Source: Balanoglossus misakiensis (Eukaryota; Animalia; Hemichordata). From it: a stretch of 64,000 nt of DNA. The DNA is taken from the NCBI GenBank assembly GCA_040954595.2, contig CM082582.2, positions 13,614,327-13,678,326 of the forward strand. Direction: 5' to 3'. The notes beneath the pieces were generated by a model that worked only from the letters and a program-made list of their open reading frames with translations, had not been told where the DNA came from and searched no databases. The stretch's first letter is position 1, and each line of letters opens with the position of its first letter. The position numbers and the translations under genes were made by a program. Shown in pieces: positions 37,235-52,043 of this stretch.

Positions 37235-39130
37235 ATGGCATCCTTCAATCCAGAAGACACTAGGTGAGATTTACAGTCATTTGCCTCTGATTTCAAGGAT
37301 TTTATCTTTTCTCATGTAATGTAATGTGTTGTGATGAAACGAACATAGTTCATAAGGGCTAATAAATGTTGAATTTTGTTCGTGTCTTGTAGCCTTAATG
37401 GTGGTAACCAAGTTACTACTCAGCAGAAATCAACAAGTGAAACTCACACTAAAAAGATTGGAAAAAGGAAGAGATATTACGAGCGCGATTCCGTAGTACC
37501 CTTTGAAGAAGATTTCACCCATGAGTTCAAAGGTCATCGAAATATATGTACTGAAGATGTGCCCCGTTGGTGTACTCAAATATCAGGAAGACCATCTCGA
37601 CAGCCAATTTCCAGGTTTCACTCAAACTTTAGTAACTTAGTCTTATCCTGTGTGTCTAATCTTCTAATCATACATCAAATGAAATTAACATTAAATATTA
37701 TAAATTGTGAATGTACATGTATCACAATTTGTGATTTCTTTTTGCGCAAAGATGCATTTCAGTTTCAGAAAATAATAGCTGTACTATTTAATTTTCAGAG
37801 CATTGTGCGCGTTTTTGAACACGGCTAAAGGTGGCACTGTGTACCTGGGAATACTGGATAATGGCTGTGTGAAAGGTCTGCGGCTGACACAGTATCAAAA
37901 AGACCATGTTGTCCTTGCTTTAGATGATGTGTTTGGCAGATTTAATCCACCAGTTCCTAAGCATATGTGGCATGTGGAGTTTGTGCCCATCGTAAATCAA
38001 GGGAGCAAAAATCTGCTGGTGGAGTGTTCAGATGAGTCAAGGTAAGTGTGTCCATAGATGCTAACACATGGAGAGCATGGGTTGTGTGTGACTATGATAG
38101 TTACTTGTAATTGAGTACATGGAACTAATGTTTTAGTGTGCTGACTGGTGACATGTTTCAGTTGTTGTGTCAGCTAATATGATTATGGAAAAACATCTTA
38201 CATGTTTTGTTTTGTGACCTGAGCAAGTGTGGCTGTTAGCATATACAGTAGAAAAGTGTCTTTTCTATTGCCTATGCTGTTAGTAACAGACTGACAGACT
38301 GAGTCGTAGTGGCTAACTGGTGGCAAAGGTCCTTCATGTTTTGTTCTAACATACCAAATCTGCCTATTGTTTGCAGTGGTGACAATATGACCAATCCAAG
38401 GAGGTTCAAAGCACATGTCTTCAGAACCCATGAGTACTGTTGGTGTGACAAAGATTCTACAGCTCAGTTTAATCTGGCAAGTATATTACAGTGTGACACA
38501 GTTTTGGAATCAAATTTCACAGCTATCTACTCATTCATGAGTACATACTGGTAATAAATAGGTCCAATTGTTCCAATATTTGTGTTTCAGGGTGTTGTAG
38601 TTAGTGATTATATTGTAGAGGTGACCATCCATGCCTTTGATGGCAACGATCCAAGAAATAAGCGTGTAACAAAGGCAGATCTCAAACTTCCTCAAATATT
38701 TGAAAATGAAAATGGAAAAGCATATTTCAGACGACAGGCAAGCTTGCTTACAGTAAGTATTACTGCATGAGTGTTGCTACAGGGCCTATCAATACATATA
38801 AGCAACCAATATATTTCTTATTTATCTTTATATGATAAGTATAGTTTTATTATGTCATACACAATGGATTGATGCTGCCTTTGGTGGTTGGGCATTGTTG
38901 CTCTTCTTCCTCTTTCTCACATTATACTTTTCGAGTTCCACCAAATCTATTTTAAACCTGAACTTTTTTGACTGCAGTACACAGTGCAGGAAACCAAGGA
39001 ACTTACCCAACAACAGGTCAGAGATCATTACCAGCCCGTTGTGGATAAACTGAGGAAAGAACTGTATGAACTGAGACAAGAACAAGTTAGAGAAAATTCG
39101 GAATTGGTGGATGTCCCGTCAAAAATATGA
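37235..39130 (+). CDS. Stand-alone Schlafen/AlbA_2-domain protein (SLFNL1-like), 6 coding exons, ~302 aa
   Basis: Exons 37235-37263, 37393-37614, 37799-38041, 38377-38476, 38591-38752, 38978-39130 splice in frame (909 nt; intron 4 is GC-AG). Motifs FEEDFTHEFKG, ALCAFLNTAKGGTVYLGILDNG and AYFRRQAS are typical of the AlbA_2 fold; C-terminal helical tail. Confidence 0.85.
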
Positions 39131-39252
39131 TTCTTTGTTTCTTATGGTCAAGACTTATGGTAAGTTCACCATGGACAATTTTTTGTTATTCAGTGGTCAC
39201 TGAGTGACCACTGTGGTCAGATACACACCACACCAGATTTGTCATTTATACA

Positions 39253-39272
39253 AATAAAAGGATAACTTTATT
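39253..39272. terminator. Back-to-back polyadenylation signals: AATAAA (+) 39253-39258 and AATAAA (-) 39272-39267
   Basis: Located between the convergent stop codons at 39130 (+) and 39549 (-). Confidence 0.55.
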
Positions 39273-39548
39273 CAAAAAATATGAAACATGCCATTTGACA
39301 AGAAAGTAACACATACAAGACTTGCTGAATTTAGACACACACTTAATCACCTTCTTATCATGGAGCAGTGCAACTCTCTTTCTGTACAATACAGGTGCAT
39401 GGAACGAATGGCTGCAGATCTCGGATAGTGGGGTGTGTGTGAGAGATAAACTTCATGAAACGCTGATCCACAAGAAGAAACAGGATAAATATTGTTTCGG
39501 AAATTCTTGATGGTTTTCTATCTTTTCTTAGTAAATGTTCATCAGAAA

Positions 39549-41549
<2,001 letters not shown>

Positions 41550-41929
41550 GGTATATCTGCGATGGTTATTGCAAAGAAGCCACTAATAACAAAACAGCTT
41601 ACTCGACATGTGTATCATCAGTGTAAATCTCGTATAAACTCGAATGCTGAAGCGCCCTCAATAAAGATTGTGTTTTGTGTCGCGTCATGATTTCAACATA
41701 TTATAGTAATAAGGGCTTACCTGGCAGTTAAATAAAATACGGAAGACAAAGATATTTCTTGGGGGAAATGTACATAGACAGGAAAACTGTTGATTTCAAG
41801 CGAAATTTACATCTCGAACATGTCAACACTCGCGCACTTTGCCGCAAGGGGGCGTATATTTTCACACCACAGCACACTCTGGGCTGACCCTGCTTACACC
41901 AGAAGTCGCTAGTGGATAAGTCTGGCGAA
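41550..41929. promoter_or_regulatory. Putative bidirectional promoter shared by POLR2C and RPRD1
   Basis: Start codons only 380 nt apart, head to head; CpG-rich; a probable POLR2C 5'UTR intron at 41557-41720 (CAG|GTAAG donor, ...CGCAG acceptor). Confidence 0.7.
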
Positions 41930-44141
41930 ATGTCGTCTTTTTCAGAAAATGCATTAGAGGAAAAGCTTAATGGGATCAGCAATTCGCAACAGAGTATTCA
42001 GACAATGTCCTTATGGCTTATCCACCACAGAAAGCGGGCGGAAGCAATAGTGAAAGTGTGGTACCGTGAACTGCATAAAGGTTAGTGTCTGCACAGCTGT
42101 TACGATCAGCAGGGTTTTACATACACAAACTGCAAACGACGAATGTAAAGCATTGTTTTCTGTCTGATCTTGTGATGATATTTCCTTTATTTGACCATAG
42201 ACCCTAGACAAACTAAAGGGTTTTGTAACATGCTGTACTGGTATTCATCAACAGTCATTTCAGACATGCTATGATGTTAGCTAGGTACAGATTTCTTTGA
42301 AAGATGCACAATGTAATTGTGCAGTAGTTCCATATCACTGTTTTCTACCATGATCCATTATTGCCAGTGTCTGTGTCATAAAACTGTTCAGTGTCAGAGA
42401 ACAGGTGTCCCCTGTTACGAAGCTAGACAATAATCCTTATCTTTCGACTTCATCTTGTTCTATTTTTTGCAGTAAAGCCAAGTAAGAAGTTAACATTCAT
42501 GTACCTATGCAATGATGTGATTCAGAACAGTAAAAGGAAAGGTCCTGAGTTTAGTACAGCATTTGGTTCTGTCTTAGAACATGCCTTTAAACATGTGACA
42601 CGGTAAGTACAATTGACTACCAGGTATCTACAATACACAGACATGTACAGATGAGGCTCCTTTATAGGCCAGGGGAAGTCTTAGATATCTGAGGTGTTAC
42701 AGGTGTAACTTACATCACTGGTACAGGGGTGGCTGCATCTTAATACTAGGATATGTTTATCCTAGTACTAAGGATAACTTCAACCCTTCCACCACCATGG
42801 ATTAGTCCAAATCCCTCTAAAGACAGCAATGGGGGTGAAAAGATTAAGGTCTTCTTTTGAAATGTCACTGGAAAGCAGAAAGACTAATTAATACTGTCAA
42901 CAGATTCTGTGATCCAGTTTGATAAAATTTGATCAAAGTTATTCCAATTCCATTTGATTTTCAGTGATACAGATGAAGGAACTGTAAAATCACTGGATAG
43001 GATATTGAACATTTGGCAAGAAAGATTGGTGTACGATGCTGAATATGTCGATCGACTGAAAGAAGCGCTTGGAACAGCCAGTGAGTATGAATGATATTTG
43101 AGCATTTGGGAGGACTTAAAGCCATGATCTGTGACACCAACTAACCTGGAGCAAACAGAATCAGAATTTGATTATTATTATTTTTCTTACACACAGCACA
43201 CAAGAAATCTCCCAAAAAGAGGAAAATTGAGATTCCAGTGGTGGAATATGTGGAAGAAGAAGATGAGTCATCTAATTCACCGAGAGAACCACCGGATGTG
43301 AGTATAAATGTGGAATTAAATATTGATCATCGTGTGATAAAGCCCAAAGACACTCATCATGACCTCTGACCTTTTCTATCACACAGCCAGAAGAATTAGT
43401 GAAAGCATTACAGGAACTTGAGCAATCTGCATCGAGTGATGCTGCAGTCAGAGAAAAAATTGCCAGTTTACCTCAAGAAGTACAAGATGTTTCACTTTTA
43501 GACAAAATAACAGGTAAGTGTGATTTGAGCATCCATGTTATCTGACTGGATTTGACGCAGAATACAAGACTGAATTTGTGATGCCACTGTTGCTGAAACA
43601 ACCTGATACACACATTGTAAAAATAACCCGTATTCTCTCCTTTTATAGATAAGGAATCAGCAGAGCGACTGTCCAAAATGGTTGATGATGCATGCATACT
43701 TTTAGCAGACTATAATGGCAGACTAGCGGCAGAATTAGAAGATAGGAAACACGTCTCAAGAATGTTAGCTGATTTCATAGCTGGTCAAAAGGAAAAATTA
43801 GCCACATCAGAAGCAAAACTTGAGGTTTGTTTAAAGATTCAACTACACACTGTTCACATCCAAGATTGTTTTACTTCATTCAGAGAGAGCCGTCTTACAG
43901 ATTGATATGGTCAGCAAATCGGCTGGGCAGTTTACTTGTTTTGTCTATATTTCTTGTTTGTTAACTCTAACTCCAAATATTGTTTATCTTATTTCAGGAA
44001 TATAAACAAAAACTTGCGAAGGTGACACAGGTCAGACGAGAACTCAAGTCCCACTTACAGAATTTACCAGACCTGACGCTACTTCCTGATGTGACGGGAG
44101 GGCTTGCCCCTCTGCCTTCAGCTGGTGATCTCTTCCAATGA
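41930..44141 (+). CDS. RPRD1B: Regulation of nuclear pre-mRNA domain-containing protein 1 (CID + coiled coil; RPRD1A/B, CREPT family), 7 exons, 314 aa
   Basis: Exons 41930-42080, 42473-42602, 42965-43080, 43197-43297, 43387-43513, 43649-43824, 43998-44141 (945 nt, in frame). MSSFSE...SQQSIQTMSLWLIHHRK, YLCNDVIQNSKRKG, YNGRLAAELEDR, GGLAPLPSAGDLF. Probably a pro-ortholog of vertebrate 1A/1B. Confidence 0.95.
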
Positions 44142-45900
44142 TGAAAAATGGACTCTTTTGTCTTTTAACCAAATTCCTTGTCTTTAGTTGTTGGGATAGT
44201 CCATTCAGAATAGGGGTGATCAAGTGAAAATTGAAAGCGGGTTAGGTTCAATGTATATAAAATGTGCCTCTTTTCAGGTGAAAGTGACTTTCATTAAATA
44301 CTGCAATAACGTGTCCAATCCAAATGAAGACACTGTATTATTCTCTTAGTGTCTACATATGAGAAAGGTAATGTTTTTTGTGATGACCCATGACACGTTG
44401 CTCAGTCAATCAGGGACTAGATTCTGTGGCAGACTGATGGATCAAGGATGCAGATTGGCTGATGATGAATTATTTCTGCTGAAGTGGCCAATCAGGGGTG
44501 GTATCTCCAAATTCAATCAAGTCATGCCACCATCACTAAATGCTGCCTAGTGTGTGGACTAATTTTAATATCTTGAATCTTTCTATCTTTAATTGTCCTT
44601 ATGGTATTTTGCCCCATAATACATTTTCCTTAGAATCCTAGCGACTGAAAGATCTTGCATGCTTGAAATGAGGGAGAGTGCAGTAATTTTTTAAACATGT
44701 TTTCAGTTTAACTAGGATTTGCTTTCAATGTATTTTGTACAATATTATAGAGAAAATTTAGTAAAGTGCCATAATTTTAGATGACTTCATTTTAATCGAG
44801 AGAAGTAAACTTTATGTATTGTGCATCTGCCTTATACTGTTACATATCCAAGTATCCCATTTCATATCGAAGTTGTGCTATAATTGAAAAGATCTTCAAG
44901 GAAAGAAAAACGTAATCATGAAAGTGATTTTGGAACATAATATTTGATTCTCATTGTACTGTTGTGACATTATGATTGTTTTTTCTCAGTACACAGTTTG
45001 TAACTTTGTTTTTGTTTTTAAGTAATGTACATTTTTTACCAGTTCACTTTGTGCCTTTGTTTTATTTTGAGTGCACCCCCACATGGCCAGAATGCTTTTC
45101 CTTCCATCTTCACTGCTACTATAAAAAACGGGCCCCATATAAATGGTTCCCAGACTCCATGTATGCTGGAATTGCTGAAAGTTTATACAAAAGTTGGACA
45201 AAACGGATTCTGACAGAATAGGGTGGATGACAAGACCAACATTTTGCAATAATAGTCTTTTCTGAATTTTGTAGAAGAAACATTTGCTTGTTGCATAGTG
45301 TACAAGTCCTTAAGAATATCATTTATTTTAAGCTCGGGTAAACCAGCCAGTTGCATGGTAAAATGCAAAAACACACCAAAACCGTATTGACACCCATTTT
45401 ATTGCAGAAATTGCTGAAAACTTATCTTCCAGGAAAACTTCGAGCTTGTGCCCATAAAGTTTAAACAATTGTGATTGCATGTTATTTTAGTATCGAGGGC
45501 TATTTAATGCTGGGATTTTCAAAAGGTGAAGATATTCTCTTTTACTTAAAGTTTCAGATAACTTTTGAATTTTCTCAATGGGATTGTGAATATTGATCTT
45601 CTGACTCTGTATATAATTTTCATGATTACAGATTGACATAGTAAAAGTGCTGACAGTACTCAATATTTGTGTTGGTTCTCTTCCGTGTAAACAGATGAAT
45701 TGTGACAAGTTTGCTGCCGTTGAGAACACTGTGACTGAAGTCAATAATGAAAACTATTAGTATTCTCCCCAGGAATTTCTGAAACATTATTGGCAAATGT
45801 GCAATAAAAGGGAAGTGTTGCGATAAGTAGTTTACTATTTATATGTGGAAAATACTGGTACAATCGAAACTGTGAGAGCTAACACTGCTTTCATGAGTTA

Positions 45901-45923
45901 CTCACGTGACCGTCTCACATGAC
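45901..45923 (+). promoter_or_regulatory. CLEAR/M-box-like E-boxes TCACGTGAC (45902-45910) and TCACATGAC (45915-45923) just upstream of PIP4P/TMEM55
   Basis: Match to the MiT/TFE consensus 30-50 nt upstream of ATG 45954; the gene product is lysosomal. Confidence 0.6.
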
Positions 45924-45953
45924 GTACGTGCAATGACATCACCTCGATCCAAG

Positions 45954-48923
45954 ATGGCGGATCGTGAAGAGGAAAACGCACCTCTTCTACAAAATGAGGA
46001 AAACACGTCGCCACAGCCACCCTATGCCCCGCTTCCAAATGTGGATCCATCACGTAAGTATCAGAATGTAAATGAGCTTCTGAAATGTGGCAGAATTCTG
46101 TCCACACTTCGTCGTCGACATATCAATATTCGATCGGTCCTGTCTGGGGATCTCTATGTCGGGTGTTTGTATTCAGGTCCAAAAACCAATAAGCATTGGA
46201 AATAATTTGGCAGCTTACGGAAGTAAAATTTTTCTGAGTCATAAACACCAGATTTAATGTACTCATGGCATAGTTTGACATTTTCTTTTTCGCAAAGCTT
46301 TTAGTGGAACAAATTAAACTAAATTTAGACCCTTGTTCAAAAAGTACAAAGTTTTGTGACGGATGAGTGAAGTTCATCGAAAATGTTTTGATCCCTGAGT
46401 GACATTTTTGCAAACTGGTCTATGACAGAATGCTAGACTTGCTACAATGCTTAGGAGAATAGATTTGTACAAGTTGAGAGAATGATTGGAGTCGTCGGTT
46501 GATTACAAGGAAAGCTTACTTCAGAGATGCAGAAATGTAATCCACATTATCCCATATTGTAAATGATGAGCATGTACACACTGGCCTGATCAGGAAATGA
46601 ACACCTTTGAATATACATGTTAAACTTCTTGTGTCAACAGCGTATAATGTAAAATGAAACCATTGTAACTTGTGAAACTGAAAATATGATTGAGTCAGTA
46701 GAATGCCATGCAGGCTAATCGAGGGCACAGCAGGGGATGAAAAATGTGAAATTCAAACATACTTCATGTGTAGAAAACATGTAAGAGTTCAATGTTGACC
46801 TCTGTGTTTGATAAACACTGTAGTAATGACCTGTCTGTGCCCTTGTGGCAGTGCCTTTGTCCTTGTAGTGGGCCATTCAGTTATTGATGTATTCTTCAAT
46901 CGAGTTAGCAGTTCATGTCTTCATTATGCATACTATGCTGTATTTACAATACCCATTCTAAATAGATGTCTTTGAAAACGGTTACGCATGAGTTCCAACC
47001 ACTAGCTGATTCCAACACTTTGGTATTACTGTTGTGTTTATCGGTATACAGTGGAGTGCCGCTGTCATGACCAGCTTATCTTGAATTGATGTTTTTTTTT
47101 TCTCTCAGATTTACCATCCCCAATACCAGGTGGCCCTCCTCCGCCCATTCTACCAGATGAGCAGCCACCACCCTACACACCATCACCTGCTGGAGGGGTG
47201 CCAATGATCAACTGTCGCGTCTGTCAAGCTATGATCAACATAGATGGCAAACTTCATCAGCATGTTGTTAAATGTAATGTCTGTAATGAAGCTACAGTAA
47301 GTAAACAGTTTGGTGCAATGAAAATTCAAAATAAACTGCTGATCAGATCTATTTTTATCAAGAAATCTATTTGGTAAAGATTGAAGAATATAAATAGCGA
47401 ATGACTTCCTCACAATAGCAGAGGTATCCTCTTTGCATGTGACGGCAATTCCTTGGTGCTTTGGAAAGTATTTAATAACACATGTGATGTACTTGTGATG
47501 TGTCTTGATACCATTGCTGTACCACATCAAATTTGAAGGGAGTCCAGCTGCATTCTGGGGAGTTTAGGTTTCATGGAAGGTTAACCTTTTCACCCCAGTT
47601 CCCTCTTTAGAAGTCCCACCTTACCACAGAAAACAATGAGTTTGGACTCAACCATGGTGGTAAAAGGATTAAAGGCAGGACTTGTGATATGTCTATATGT
47701 ATCTCAAGAGAAACTTTTTTACATTCTACACACAGCCTATCAAGGAAGCTCCTCCAGGCAAGAAATATGTACGCTGTCCGTGCAACTGTCTACTGATCTG
47801 CAAAGGAACCTCACAAAGGATAGCGTGTCCCAGGGCAAACTGTAAGAGGATTATCAATTTAGGACCAGTTACTGTGGCCACAGTCAGGACACAAGTCGGC
47901 AGTAGAGTGACCTGTGGTCACTGTAATGAAACATTTTTGGTAAGAAATACATAGCCTTCAACCATTATCATACATGTATATATACTGAGTAGTTTTGGGT
48001 CAGAGGATCTCTGTATTGTTACAAATTTGAAGTGTATGAGGCCTTTTATAATTTTTAATATGGTTGATACATATTCACTTTGTTATATGTTGACAGTTTA
48101 ATACAACAGTGAATTCCCTGGCAAGATGTCCTCACTGCAGGAGAGTGTAAGTATTCAGATTGGATGAATAACAAATAATTAGCCGACCCTGCTGAACATT
48201 GCATCATGCTTGAGAGTCTGAGAAAGAAACTATGATAAAAATGGCCCAAAGATAACCTAATGCGGGCTATAACCATCATTTAAAAGTCATCATAACCCAG
48301 GTTGTGATGTAAACACACATTTGGTTTGAAATTACCATTACTATAAATTAACATCTTTGTTATGCTTTGTAATGAAATTTACATCTGATTGGATGCCTTC
48401 CATTTCTTGTTTGAATTGCAGGTCATCCATTGGTCCAAAGTATGCCAAAAACAGATGCATTATTTTTGCAGTGATTGGAATTGTATTTCTACTGGCTGGT
48501 ATCGGAATTACAGTAAGTGAAAACTTTCACCATTTGTAATGTCCGATGTAAAAGTACATCAAAATAGTGAAAATGCTGTGTAATTAAACTCATTCCTAAA
48601 GACGTGATTTGATTCTTACAAATGTATTTTACCTCTTTGTAGGTTGGTACGTATGAAGCTGCTCAAGATGCAGGAGGTATCTACTTTATTTGGATTGGTA
48701 AGTCAGCTGTTTAGAATTTGAATCCTGTGGTAAACATTCATGGAATGGTAGCCTTCATTTAATAAATAAATCCTCTCTTGAACGAGAAGGCAAAGAGTTA
48801 ACATAAACAAGTCTTTTTCTTGTTTTGCATTCCATAGGAGCATATATCGTTGGCATCCTGAACCTGATCCGAAGCTGTTACTATGGAACCATGAAAGTCA
48901 GCACTGTTGAAGGCCCAGTGTGA
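45954..48923 (+). CDS. PIP4P1: PIP4P1/PIP4P2 (TMEM55) lysosomal membrane protein, 7 exons, 257 aa
   Basis: Exons 45954-46053, 47109-47296, 47736-47939, 48097-48146, 48422-48512, 48643-48697, 48838-48923 (774 nt). ENAPLL dileucine signal, PPPY motif, CRVCQ...[26 protein letters not shown]5R motif CKGTSQR, two C-terminal TM segments. Pro-ortholog of TMEM55A/B. Confidence 0.95.
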
Positions 48924-51359
48924 GATGTCATTGGGTGATATGTCTCTCAACATTGTACAGAACAGTTTCTGTATAGAAATCCAACTAACAACAAAAGCAG
49001 AAAAAAAGAACTTGCCTATATCTGGATCAATATACCAGGGTTGAAATATCTATTCAAAACACATGAAGATAGAAGCCTGTGTTTTCACCGACTGAAAATA
49101 ATGATTATGTATATAGACGGATATCTTGCATTAGCAGCTATATGAACTTTGAACTTTCAAGACCAAAATTACTTATTACTCCAAACTGTTGTAACGTGTA
49201 TGCAAGTGGAATCATGGTTCAAATGCAGTCTACTTTGTTCCCGGGTTGTCAGTGATGACTAAAAATCTGCTGCCTTCCTTTTGGGTATTGCAGTATCTGA
49301 GTAAACTTTATGTCACTCTTGACTGGTGAGATCCCATAAGAGTTTAATACTTGAAGCATTCTGATAAATACCTGCAACATTTTATTCACCAAACTTGATT
49401 TGGGGATAAAATGAAAAACATGTTCTGACAACCCAGAAACAGAAATCATTCTTTGCCAAGTAACATGAAATTTAGTCAAGTAGATATAAACAAAACAGTG
49501 TTTCAAATAACTGGAAAAATTGGCAATTCCCTGTCAAATGAATAATACATATTTCTATTTACATTTCCAACATTTCCCCACTTCCTGTCATAAAAGAGTT
49601 CTAATTTAAATTAGTTTTTCTAGTTTATTTTTTTTAAAGATTTGTAATTATATTAGTTTTATGTCTGTTTTGGCAGTTCCAGGTTTCGTGGCATCATCAA
49701 ACTCCAATTTATTCAATATGGTGATCAGAGCTGTAATAAATAACTTTATCCATGAAATGATTTTATGTTGAAATCATATGTATAGACTTTGTAAATTTTA
49801 TGAATTGAACTTTTGTGCCTTGTGCCAGTTAAGTGTGCCATTATCTAGCTTAAGAGCATTCATGTTAAACGTGGCTCAGTAAAGTAGTTAAATATAGAAC
49901 TAATATCATTCAGATTATATCTGACTGAGTTGTGCTTCATAAGCTAATCAAATTAGGAATAATGTTGTTTGCATATTAGTGGTTGGGTGTTGAGTACATT
50001 TTTGTTTACATGTATATGCATTTGGGAATACTATGGCTATTGAACCCTTTCTGGCAACTATGTTAATACTGCTTGACTTGCAACAATCATTGATCTATGA
50101 TGTCCTGAGTTTAAATTCATGCACAACCGTAAAAACTATACTTTGTAAACAAGCCCAGTATGGTACAGTTCACATTTCATTTATTTCTCTGTATTTAATG
50201 GCACAAATTTCTAGTTTAACTCAAAGTGGCACTCTCGCTTAGTAAAATATCTCAAACACAGTTTCCTGTGGTCAATATTTGCCCTCACAAATATGTACAG
50301 TCAAAAAAAGGACAAGAAAAAACCTAGCCATGTGTGTACTGCAGGCTTCTTAGGAGATTTTCTGTTTGGGTGAATTCAGTGTGTACAGATTGTTTTGCCT
50401 AAAAACTGGTTTTTGTCAATTTTTCCCACAATATTTTTTACAAAACAGAGTGCCACAAAACTTACAGAGCAGTGGAGACAGTTACTGAATCTTAAATTAA
50501 GTGCTACCGAACTTTGTTTGCTTTTATAATCAATCTACATTTTGTATCACCTAGGGATTTTTTTGTATCATATTGTGATGGAATTTACGTTAACAAGGAC
50601 AGAAAGATTTGAGGCTTTTGCAGTTGTAAGGATACAGTGGAGATTCCCTCTCAAGGATAGACAGAAGAACTTTCCATTTCTTCTGTGTATGCTTCTAATG
50701 AGATATCTTTCACTGTAAGATCAACCCTAATAAGTGTAATGCCTTGATTTACCTTTTCATTGCCATGTCAACTTTACGTCTACATATTTTAATGCTCTGG
50801 TGAATTTTGACATTTGATTTGTCCAGGAATAAGAAAAATGTGTAATGCCCTCCTAATGTCGAATAAAATACAATGAAAGGTGTCTTTACAGAAACCTTGG
50901 TTATTTGATTGTAACGGTGTCTTGTTTGAGTGTGTTTTGCCTTACATTTTAGTAATTGTATAGTGCCCTCTATTGACTGGTATTCAATTTTATATATATT
51001 CACCTGTGATATTGTCTTTCACTGACAGGGAGTCTGAGAGACTACCCCAGTCAATGAACTCTTGAACTTGATTGCATAATAAGCACATCTCTTGTGCTAC
51101 AGACAACATCATCAACCGAGAAGCACCCGTTATAATCATTGCAGCTAACATAGATGGTGAAATAAATTGATAGGCCAATCCTGGCTATAGCTTAGGGATA
51201 GACCTTATATGCTTATGGCAAATAATCATGACATCGACAATGCCAGTGTAGTAAATTACACAACTGTTCTTCAAATCCCTGTTGTCAACAAAATCACGTG
51301 GGTTCACTGAGGTCACACAGCTGACACATCTCGCACTTGGCGTTATTTTATGAGAGTTC

Positions 51360-51481
51360 GATTCGGCGGTAATACAAAATAAAAATGGCGGAGTGTGACT
51401 ATGTTTGAAGTTGATCGGGAGTTTCGAACCGTCGATGTAACGATTTGCGCGAAAGAAAACAAACATAATTGGCAGGATAAG
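51360..51481 (+). promoter_or_regulatory. Probable CEP192 promoter / first exon
   Basis: CpG-rich patch, YY1-like AAAATGGCGG (51382-51391), E2F site GCGCGAAA (51447-51454), strong donor AAG|GTAAGT at 51481/51482. Confidence 0.55.
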
Positions 51482-52005
51482 GTAAGTGAAATTTGCAGTC
51501 TCGATCATTTCAGACAGCAAGCGCATAATTACATTTTGACAACTGAGTCAGTCCGTGACGTTTCACAATGTCTCGTTCAGGCACGCAAGTTGCCCGGGAG
51601 GTTGACGTGAATCACGATCAACGGTTCTGTGTATTTTTTTTTCCGCCCAAGAAAATTACATATACTGAGTGACTAATCTGTGAGAGCGATCGACCGAGCT
51701 GATCATATTGAATGTGATTTTTTCAAACTGTTTGATGTCCCTCTATACTTTGAACAAAGTTGGATGTCAACATTTTGTTGTGTATCTCTATGTACGGTGG
51801 TACGTATGTAGTCTGTTTACAATCTTGGAATGTTCGCTGCTTATGTGGACGAAACTGGATATCATTCTGTGAGAGAGCACTAGCTGCAGTACCCAGGCTA
51901 GAGGATTTACCTGATGTTGGGGTTGGACGATTGCGTTTGCCTTCCAACCCCAAGCACCCTGAGGAAAACCTAGAGCCTGATTATGTTAGTGCAGCTATGG
52001 GATAG

Positions 52006-52043
52006 CATGGAGGTACTACTACAGTAGTACATGTACCTCCATG
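52006..52043. mobile_element. 38-bp micro-foldback element CATGGAGGTAC...GTACCTCCATG with perfect 7-bp TSD GGGATAG
   Basis: Perfect 11-bp TIRs; GGGATAG at 51999-52005 and 52044-52050; in probable CEP192 intron 1. Confidence 0.75.

Noticed and set aside
41716-41727. CTTACCTGGCAG matching the U1 snRNA 5' end
   Set aside because: No further U1 similarity; better explained as a minus-strand splice donor of POLR2C.
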